DNA from: Candidatus Krumholzibacteriia bacterium
GTDB taxonomy: Bacteria > Krumholzibacteriota > Krumholzibacteriia > JAJRXK01
Assembly: GCA_041484665.1 (NCBI GenBank)
Contig: JBGPIA010000001.1
Location: 128,001 to 192,000 of the forward strand
Length of the DNA stretch: 64,000 nt
Reading direction: 5' to 3'
The notes under the pieces were generated by a model that was not told the origin of the DNA, ran no database searches, and was given only the letters and a program-made list of their open reading frames with translations. The position numbers were made by a program, and so were the translations under genes. This document shows, piece after piece, positions 57,067 to 64,000 of the stretch. Every line of letters begins with the position of its first letter. The first letter of the stretch is position 1.

Positions 57067-57867
57067 ATGCCTCGCATGCACGAGGTGGACTTCCAGATCT
57101 TCGGTGACGACATGCAGTTCGTCGAGATCGAGCTCGATCCCATGGAGGCCGTCGTGGCCGAGGCCGGCGGCATGATGTACATGGACGACGGCATCGCTAT
57201 GGAGACGATCTTCGGCGATGGCTCCCCCCAGCAGCAGAAAGGCCTGATGGGCGCTCTGATGGGCGCGGGCAAGCGGCTGCTGACCGGCGAGTCGCTCTTC
57301 ATGACCGTGTTCCAGAATCAAGGCCAGGGCAAGCGCCGCGTCGCCTTCGGTGCGCCGATCCCCGGCAAGATCGTGTCCGCGGACCTGGCGCAGCTGGGCG
57401 GTGAGCTGATCGCGCAGAAGGACTCGTTCCTGTGCGCCGCGAAAGGGGTCAGCATCGGCATCGCCTTCCAGAAACGTCTGGGCGTGGGGCTGTTCGGCGG
57501 CGAGGGCTTCATCATGCAGCGGCTCCAGGGAGACGGGCTGTTGTTCATGAACGCCTGCGGCACGCTCTACCAGCGCGACCTGCAGCCGGGCGAGCTGTTG
57601 CGCGTCGACACCGGCTGCATCGTCGCCCTGCAGCCTTCGGTGGAGTACAACATCGAGATGGTGCGCGGAATCAAGAGCGCGCTGTTCGGCGGCGAAGGGC
57701 TGTTCTTCACCACGCTGCGCGGTCCCGGGCACATCTGGCTGCAGTCGCTGCCGTTCAGCCGGCTGGCCGGGCGTATATTCGCGGCGGCGCCGCAAGTGGG
57801 GCGCGGAGGGCGCGAGGAGGGCTCGATCCTGGGCGGGCTGGGCAGGCTGATCGACGGGGACCGTTGA
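57067..57867 (+). CDS. TIGR00266 / AIM24 family protein
   Basis: [53 protein letters not shown]. Confidence 0.92.
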   Translation: MPRMHEVDFQIFGDDMQFVEIELDPMEAVVAEAGGMMYMDDGIAMETIFGDGSPQQQKGLMGALMGAGKRLLTGESLFMTVFQNQGQGKRRVAFGAPIPGKIVSADLAQLGGELIAQKDSFLCAAKGVSIGIAFQKRLGVGLFGGEGFIMQRLQGDGLLFMNACGTLYQRDLQPGELLRVDTGCIVALQPSVEYNIEMVRGIKSALFGGEGLFFTTLRGPGHIWLQSLPFSRLAGRIFAAAPQVGRGGREEGSILGGLGRLIDGDR

Positions 57868-57953
57868 TCACGCCGCAGAGGGCGCGGTGGGCCGGCGCTG
57901 CTGGGGGCACGCGCCGCGCCCGCGAGGCTCTGATCGCCGCACCGCGCCCCCGC

Positions 57954-59108
57954 TCACGGCAGCGCCTGTTTCAGATCGGCGATCAGATCGTCGGTCCCCT
58001 CGACTCCCACCGATAGCCGCACCAGCCCGTCGACGATGCCCAACCGCTGGCGGTCCGCCGACGTGAGCCCTGCATGGCTGGTGGTCGCCGGCAGCGTGAT
58101 CAGCGATTCCACGCCGCCCAGGCTGGGCGCGACCGCAGGCAGCGTGAGCTTGCGCAGGAAGGCGTCCACCGCCGGGCGGCCGTCCTTGAGCTCGAAACTG
58201 AGCATCCCGCTGAAGCCATCGAACAGCTTGCGCGCGCGCTCGTGGCGCCGGTGGCTGGGCAACCCGGGGTAGCCCACCTTGGCCACGGCTGGGTGCTGCT
58301 CGAGGAAGCGTGCGATCGTCAGCGCGCTCTGGTTCTGGTGGCGCACGCGCAGGGCGAGCGTCTTGAGACCCCGGTGCAGCAGGAAGCACGCGTGCGGATC
58401 CAACGAGCCGCCCAGATGGTTGAGCGCGTGGAGGGTCTTCTCGACCAGATCTGCGCGTCCGATCACGGCCCCGCACACCAGATCGCTGTGCCCATTGAGG
58501 TACTTCGTGGCGCTGTGCAGCGAGAGGTCGAACCCCCACTCGGCCGGCCGGAAGTTCACGGGGCTGGTAAAGGTGTTATCGATCATGCTGACGAGCTTGT
58601 GCGCCTTGGCGAAGGCGACGACCGCCTCGAGATCGACCACCTCCATCAGCGGGTTCGTGATCGACTCGACGTAGACCGCGCGGGTGTTCGGCCGCAGTTT
58701 CTGCTCCCAGCCGCGCGGGTCGTCGGCATCGATGAAGTCGACCTCCAGCCCGAAGCGGGCGAAGTCCTTGGTGAGGAAGTCGTGGGTCCCGCCGTAGAGG
58801 CTCTTGTGGGCCAGCAGGTGCCCTCCCCTGTCCAGCGCTGCGAAGAGCGCTGTCGTGATGGCCGCCATGCCGCTGCCCGTCACCAGCGCGGCCTCGGCGT
58901 TCTCCAGGGCCGCGAGCTTGCGGTGCAACACCAGGTGATTGGGCGTGTTATTGAGGCGGATGTACTTGACGTCGTGATACCCGGCCTCGCCAGCGTACTC
59001 GTAGGTGGCCGACTGGAAGATGGGCATGGCGACGGCGCCGCCGACGCGCGGCTCCATCTCGCCGGCATGGATGAGGCGGGTATCGAGCTGGGTGAGGGGC
59101 TTGGGCAT
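57954..59108 (-). CDS. PLP-dependent Cys/Met-metabolism lyase (cystathionine/methionine gamma-lyase family)
   Basis: SGMAAI, YGGT, ESITNP, DNTF, HSATKYLNGHSD, SLGGVESL, RLSVGVE. Confidence 0.93.
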   Translation of the reverse strand: MPKPLTQLDTRLIHAGEMEPRVGGAVAMPIFQSATYEYAGEAGYHDVKYIRLNNTPNHLVLHRKLAALENAEAALVTGSGMAAITTALFAALDRGGHLLAHKSLYGGTHDFLTKDFARFGLEVDFIDADDPRGWEQKLRPNTRAVYVESITNPLMEVVDLEAVVAFAKAHKLVSMIDNTFTSPVNFRPAEWGFDLSLHSATKYLNGHSDLVCGAVIGRADLVEKTLHALNHLGGSLDPHACFLLHRGLKTLALRVRHQNQSALTIARFLEQHPAVAKVGYPGLPSHRRHERARKLFDGFSGMLSFELKDGRPAVDAFLRKLTLPAVAPSLGGVESLITLPATTSHAGLTSADRQRLGIVDGLVRLSVGVEGTDDLIADLKQALP

Positions 59109-59159
59109 GTGCGGACTCCCGTCTGGGCAAGGGGGGCTCCCGAAGCGGGGGGTGCACCC

Positions 59160-59189
59160 AGTATATTCGCGGTGCCGTAGGGGAAGCAA
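59160..59189 (-). promoter_or_regulatory. Putative sigma70 promoter for the PLP lyase
   Basis: TTGCTT-18 nt-TATACT on the minus strand; overlaps a TATATT on the plus strand in this short divergent gap. Confidence 0.4.
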
Positions 59190-59228
59190 AACCGCAACCT
59201 GTCGTCCGTTGGCCTGGACGGGGTTCCT

Positions 59229-61943
59229 GTGCGGAAGGCTGCGTGGAAAGTGCTCTGGACCGTGCTCTTCCGCTTGCGAGGCCTGCGCGCGCTGGCGCTG
59301 GGGCTTCTGGCCACAACCTGCCTCAGCGGCGGACCGCCGCGCTGCGGGCCGCAGCACTGCACGCCGTGGCACTTCGGGCCGCCAGCGGAGGACGAGCGAG
59401 GCTCCGCGGCGATGGACGCGCTGCGGATGTGGGCGGGCGCCCGCGCCTGGCCCTACCCCGCGATCCCCAGCGATGGCCACGCCCGGGCGTTCGACTACGC
59501 TCAAGCGGTGCTCGCGCCCGCACAGGGACTGCAGCAGCAACGGGGTGGCCGGGCTCGGGGACCCGACGGTGTCACGCCGGAATCGGAGGTCTTGGCGGCC
59601 GCACCGGGTTGGCGGGCACTGGGACCGATGAACGTCGGCGGCCGCACGCTGGCGTTGGCATTCAACCCGCAGAATCCCAGCACGCTGTGGGCGGGATCGG
59701 CCAGCGGCGGGCTATGGCGCAGCGCCACGGGCGGCCGCGGCGCCGCGGCCTGGACCTACGTGCCCACCGGTTTCCCCGTGCTGGCGGTGAGCAGCATCGC
59801 CGTCGACCCGGCCGATTCCAACACCATTCTCATTGGAACCGGCGAGGTGTACGGCCACCAGGCAGCCGACGGCGGCGTGGCGGAGCGCCTGGCCCGCGGC
59901 AGCTACGGTATCGGCATCCTCAAGAGCAACGACGGCGGGCGCACCTGGGTGAAGAGCCTCGACTGGTCGCGCCACCAGCAGCGCGGCGTCTGGAAGGTCG
60001 CCCTCGATCCGCTGAATCGGTCTCGCGTGTGGGCAGCCACGACCGAGGGGGTCTACCGCTCTTCCGACGGCGGATCGAGCTGGACGCAGTTGCTCGACGT
60101 GATCATGGCCACCGATCTCGAGATCCACCCCACACATCCCGATACCGTCTACGCGGCCTGCGGCAATCTGTTGAGCGCCGGGCGCGGGGTCTATCGCAGC
60201 ACCGACGGCGGCGCAACGTGGTCGCTGCTCGCCAACGGCTGGCCCGGGGACTTCGAGGGGAAGATCGAGCTGGCGCTGGCTCCCTCGGCGCCGCGCACCA
60301 TCTTCGCCAGCGTGGGCGTCTTCGCGCGCACCGGCACGACGCTCATCGACGGCAAGGGCAGTTGGCTCCTGCGCTCGCTGGACGGTGGGGACACCTGGAC
60401 CGTACAGACCAGCCAGGACTACGCGATCTACCAGGGTTGGTACTCCCACGATGTCGCGGTGCACCCGCTGGACCCACAGCGCGTCTACTTCGCCGGCCTG
60501 GACATCTGGCGCTCCGATGACGCCGGCGCCAATCCGCGCCAGATCAGCTTTCAGCAGAACGGATTCAACGGCCCGGTCCCGCCGGGCGGGCCGGAGGGTG
60601 AGCCCACCTACTCCCACGCCGACCACCACGTGCTGCTGTTCCACCCCACCAACCCCGACGTGCTGTACGAGGCCAACGACGGCGGCGTATTTCGCACGCT
60701 CGACGGTGGCGCGACTTGGCAGGGCTGCAACGGGGGTTACCAGTCGAGCCAGTTCTACAATGGCTTCAGCTCCAGCCCGCAGGACACCGTGCCCGCGATC
60801 GGAGGGCTGCAGGACAATTCCACGGTGATCTACCAGGGCGGCCCGGCGTGGAGCCGCGTGATCGGCGGCGACGGTGGTTGGGCGGCCATCGATCCGCGCG
60901 GTGCCAGCACCATGTACGGCACGATCCAGTACATGAGCCTGTGGCGCTCCACCAACGGCGGTGCGAGCTTCGCCAACATCAGTCCGCCTCCGGTCGGCGA
61001 CGTTGCGTTCATCGCGCCCTTCGTCGTCTCGCCAGCGTTCACGCAAGCGCTCTATGCGGGGCGCGATGTCGTATACCGCTCGCTCGACCGCGGCGGCAGC
61101 TGGACTGCCGGTGGCGCGCTGAACGGCAACCCGTTGCTGTGCCTGGCCACCTCCACCAAGAACGTAGCGCTGCTCTACGCCGGGGCCGTCCCGACACCGG
61201 CCGGGCACCACGTGTTCCTCTCCGCCGACCGCGCGACGACCTGGCTGGATATCTCGGCCGGACTCCCCAATCGCTATCCAATGGACATCGCCATCGATCC
61301 GGTCGACGAGCTCACGGCGTACGTGGTCCTCTCGGGCTTCGGCACGTCGCACCTGTTCCGCACCGGCAATGGCGGTGCGAGCTGGGAGGACATCGGGACG
61401 ACCCTGCCCGACGTTCCCACCTCAGCGGTGCTGCTGGACCCCGAACAGCCCGTGACGATCTACGTGGGCAACGACCTGGGGGTGTACGCGTCGCAGGACG
61501 GCGGCGGGTCGTGGCAGGCTCTCGGTGACGGGTTGCCCGACGCCGTGATCGTGATGGACCTCTCCTTGGTCCCTGGGGCGCGGCGGCTGCGTGTGGCCAC
61601 CCACGGCAACGGGGTCTACGAGCGGCCGCTGCTGCCACCGGCGCCGTCCACCCCGCAGAGGGCGGGCGTGGTGCTGGAGCAGAACCACCCCAACCCGTTC
61701 AACCCTCGCACGACGATCGAGTTCACGCTCGCGCGCTCGGCGCCAGTAACGCTCGCGATCTTCGATGCGGCGGGCCGGCGGGTGCGTACCCTGCTGCGCG
61801 GCGAGATGCGCTCGGCTGGAGGCAACAGCGCGGACTGGGATGGCACCGACGAAGCGGGGCGGCGCGTGGCCTCAGGGACGTACTACTACCGCATCGAGGC
61901 GAATGCTGCCTCGCAGGCACGGGCGATGACGCTGGTGAAGTGA
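59229..61943 (+). CDS. Secreted BNR/Asp-box (VPS10/sialidase-like) beta-propeller protein with FlgD-Ig/T9SS-like C-terminal domain
   Basis: WRALGP..VGGR, many SxDGGxTW Asp-boxes, HADHH, ATHGNG, C-terminal QNHPNPFNP...ASGTYYY; start uncertain. Confidence 0.88.
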   Translation: MRKAAWKVLWTVLFRLRGLRALALGLLATTCLSGGPPRCGPQHCTPWHFGPPAEDERGSAAMDALRMWAGARAWPYPAIPSDGHARAFDYAQAVLAPAQGLQQQRGGRARGPDGVTPESEVLAAAPGWRALGPMNVGGRTLALAFNPQNPSTLWAGSASGGLWRSATGGRGAAAWTYVPTGFPVLAVSSIAVDPADSNTILIGTGEVYGHQAADGGVAERLARGSYGIGILKSNDGGRTWVKSLDWSRHQQRGVWKVALDPLNRSRVWAATTEGVYRSSDGGSSWTQLLDVIMATDLEIHPTHPDTVYAACGNLLSAGRGVYRSTDGGATWSLLANGWPGDFEGKIELALAPSAPRTIFASVGVFARTGTTLIDGKGSWLLRSLDGGDTWTVQTSQDYAIYQGWYSHDVAVHPLDPQRVYFAGLDIWRSDDAGANPRQISFQQNGFNGPVPPGGPEGEPTYSHADHHVLLFHPTNPDVLYEANDGGVFRTLDGGATWQGCNGGYQSSQFYNGFSSSPQDTVPAIGGLQDNSTVIYQGGPAWSRVIGGDGGWAAIDPRGASTMYGTIQYMSLWRSTNGGASFANISPPPVGDVAFIAPFVVSPAFTQALYAGRDVVYRSLDRGGSWTAGGALNGNPLLCLATSTKNVALLYAGAVPTPAGHHVFLSADRATTWLDISAGLPNRYPMDIAIDPVDELTAYVVLSGFGTSHLFRTGNGGASWEDIGTTLPDVPTSAVLLDPEQPVTIYVGNDLGVYASQDGGGSWQALGDGLPDAVIVMDLSLVPGARRLRVATHGNGVYERPLLPPAPSTPQRAGVVLEQNHPNPFNPRTTIEFTLARSAPVTLAIFDAAGRRVRTLLRGEMRSAGGNSADWDGTDEAGRRVASGTYYYRIEANAASQARAMTLVK

Positions 61944-61998
61944 GGGGTGAAACCGGGACGACCGCAGGGGCGCGACCGCGACGACCCATGAGTCTGCG

Positions 61999-62030
61999 GC
62001 GGGCTCGTGCATACGCGGGCTCGTGCATAC
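61999..62030. repeat. Perfect 16-bp tandem duplication
   Basis: GCGGGCTCGTGCATAC twice (61999-62014, 62015-62030). Confidence 0.85.
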
Positions 62031-62054
62031 AATTTGCTCACGCGAATGCGCTCC

Positions 62055-62173
62055 TTGCAGCGATGCGCCCCTGCCGTCAGCGCGGTCTTTGAGCCGTCGC
62101 GGCCGTTGCGTCGACGCGCTCGTTGCACCGACGCACGCCTTGCACGGACGCACACCTTGCACCGAGGCCGGTG
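62055..62173. repeat. Degenerate 17-bp tandem array, about 7 units
   Basis: Units in phase at 62055, 62072, 62089, 62106, 62123, 62140, 62157; consensus about TTGCRNCGACGCRNNCN. Confidence 0.7.
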
Positions 62174-62344
62174 TGTGTAAGCACAATGTGTTTACGGCCC
62201 CACCGGAGATATGGAGCATCGCCCGCCACGGCTGGTTGTGCGCGGCGAACAGCCGTCTCCAGTCTTGGCCCGGGCCGCTCGTATCGCGTTCAATCCGCCG
62301 CCCCGCGCTCGCCGGTCAGGGATCGGCGGCGGCCCCCGGGGCCA

Positions 62345-64000
62345 TCAAATCGGCGCGGTAGCGCGCTTCAGCCACCGCCGCTCCGCCGCGTCCACCAGCG
62401 GCGACAGCGTGCGCCATACCCGAGCGTGGTACTCGTTGAGCCAGCGCCGCTCGGGCGGCGCGAGCGCGCGCCTGTCGATCAGGCGCGTCTCGATCGGGCA
62501 CATCGTCAACGTCTCGAAGGCGTAGAAGTCGCGCTCCTTGCTGGAGAGCCGCTCGTCCTTGACCACCAGGATCAGATTCTCAATGCGGATGCCATAGGCG
62601 CCCGCCTCGTAGTAACCGGGTTCGTTGGATTGGATGTTGCCCGGTTCCAGCGCGTCACCCACGTCGCGGGTTGGGCTGATCGCCTGCGGGCCTTCGTGCA
62701 CGTTGAGGTAGGCCCCGACGCCGTGACCAGTGCCATGGTTGTAGTCCAGGCCAGCCTCCCACAGGTACAGGCGCGCGAGCGTGTCCAGGCGCATTCCGCG
62801 CACACCTTGCGGGAACTTCACGCGGGCGAGCGCGACATGGCCGCGCAGCACGCGCGTGTAGCGGTCGGTTTGCCCGCGGGTGGCCTTGCCGCCCAGCAGC
62901 AGCGTGCGCGTGATGTCGGTCGTCCCATCGAGGTATTGTGCGCCCGAGTCGAGCAGGTAGATTCCGCGCGGCTTCAGCGGGACGTTGGTCTGCTCGCTGG
63001 AGGCGTAGTGAATGATCGCGCCGTGCTCGGCGTAGCCCGAGATCGTCCGGAAGCTCAGCCCCTGGAATCGAGCCCCTTCGGCGCGGAAGGCCTCGAGCTT
63101 GTCCTCGGCGGAGAGCTCGGTCACCTTGCCCGAGGGAACCGCCTGGTCCAGCCAGTACAGGAAGCGAACCATCGCAACTCCATCGCGCACGTGGGCAGCG
63201 CGGCTGCCATCGATCTCGGCGTCGTTCTTGCGCGACTTCATGCGATAGACTGGTGACGGCATCATGAGCAGGTCGGCGCCCTGCAGCAGATCGACGATCC
63301 AGCGGCTGGCCGTCCCCTCGTCCACCCAGACGCGGGTGCCCGCCGCGCCGAGGGCCCGCAGGGAGTCGGCGACCGCCGCGTAGGGCGCCAGATCCACGTG
63401 GCGCCCGAGTGCCCGCTGCACCTGCGGCGTCAGCTTCTGCGGATCGATGAAGAGCTGCGCGCGATCGTGGGTCACCAGCGCGTAGGCGATCGCCACCGGG
63501 TTGTACTCCACGTCGCGCCCACGCAGGTTGGTCAGCCAGGCGATGGCGTCCAGCGTCGTGAGCACGTGGGCTTGGGCGCGCTGCACCCGCATTTCCTTGC
63601 GCAGACGGGCCAGCTTGGAGGTCACGCTCTCACCGGCGTACTTCACGGGCAAAACGGCCAGCGGGCTCGGGGACGCCGCCGGCCGGTCGCGCCAGAGGGC
63701 GTCGACCAGGTTGTCATCGAGCAGCTGCAGACGCGCGCCCGACTCCTGCAGCGCCGCCTGCAGCGAACGCGCCTGGCGGGGCGAGAGCACGCGCGGATCC
63801 GCGCCGAGGGCCTCGCCGCTCCCCAGCGCGCCCTTGAGGTAGTCCGGCAAGCTGGGAACCCCGGGGTTGCCCTGGCGCTGCAGGCGGATGCCGCTGCCGC
63901 GCAGCTCAGACTCGGCCTGTAGCCAATAGCGCCCATCGGTCCATAGCTCGGCGCCCTTGCGGGTCACCAGCAGGTCGCCAGCCGAGCCGCTGAAACCGCT
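62345..64000 (-). CDS. Xaa-Pro aminopeptidase P (M24B), 5' end outside the window
   Basis: GFSGSAG, WTDGRY, LDSGAQYLDGTTDITRT, HGTGHGVG..LNVHEGP, SNEPGYY, GIRIEN. Confidence 0.95.
   Translation of the reverse strand, partial: SGFSGSAGDLLVTRKGAELWTDGRYWLQAESELRGSGIRLQRQGNPGVPSLPDYLKGALGSGEALGADPRVLSPRQARSLQAALQESGARLQLLDDNLVDALWRDRPAASPSPLAVLPVKYAGESVTSKLARLRKEMRVQRAQAHVLTTLDAIAWLTNLRGRDVEYNPVAIAYALVTHDRAQLFIDPQKLTPQVQRALGRHVDLAPYAAVADSLRALGAAGTRVWVDEGTASRWIVDLLQGADLLMMPSPVYRMKSRKNDAEIDGSRAAHVRDGVAMVRFLYWLDQAVPSGKVTELSAEDKLEAFRAEGARFQGLSFRTISGYAEHGAIIHYASSEQTNVPLKPRGIYLLDSGAQYLDGTTDITRTLLLGGKATRGQTDRYTRVLRGHVALARVKFPQGVRGMRLDTLARLYLWEAGLDYNHGTGHGVGAYLNVHEGPQAISPTRDVGDALEPGNIQSNEPGYYEAGAYGIRIENLILVVKDERLSSKERDFYAFETLTMCPIETRLIDRRALAPPERRWLNEYHARVWRTLSPLVDAAERRWLKRATAPI

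Noticed and set aside
62055..62173. CRISPR array
   Set aside because: Units are 17 bp, contiguous and degenerate, with no spacers and no cas genes.

Overview
High-GC (roughly 70%) bacterial chromosomal window, mostly housekeeping and envelope genes: pyrR-pyrB with a PyrR attenuator, dusB, ETF-QO, glycosyltransferases, acyl-CoA metabolism and peptidases. Three large secreted proteins end in a FlgD-Ig/T9SS-like 'QNxPNPFNPxTxI...ASGxYxY' domain, which suggests an FCB-related candidate phylum such as Eisenbacteria, Krumholzibacteriota or Latescibacterota (inference). The standout locus is a four-gene operon at 43958-49839 (minus strand): an MBOAT-SGNH fusion, a carrier protein, a stand-alone adenylation enzyme whose hand-aligned specificity code (DLLYLALVCK) is the PltF/CloN4-type L-proline code, and an AnaB/PltE-like prolyl-carrier dehydrogenase. 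This is a pyrrole/pyrroline-forming cassette coupled to Dlt/AlgI-AlgJ-type trans-membrane acylation machinery, with no PKS or NRPS in the window, and it may pyrrolylate a cell-envelope polymer. Also present: a pilX-pilY1 tip module with a sigma54-like promoter; a decayed 30.7-34.8 kb island (CHAT remnant, IS256 remnant, intact TylF-like methyltransferase, and a 2.1-kb IS with ISEcp1/IS1380-like inverted repeats inserted at the methyltransferase stop codon); tandem paralogous beta-barrels; and a degenerate 17-bp non-coding tandem array. No tRNA, rRNA or CRISPR array was seen. All family assignments come from motif recognition by eye, not database searches.
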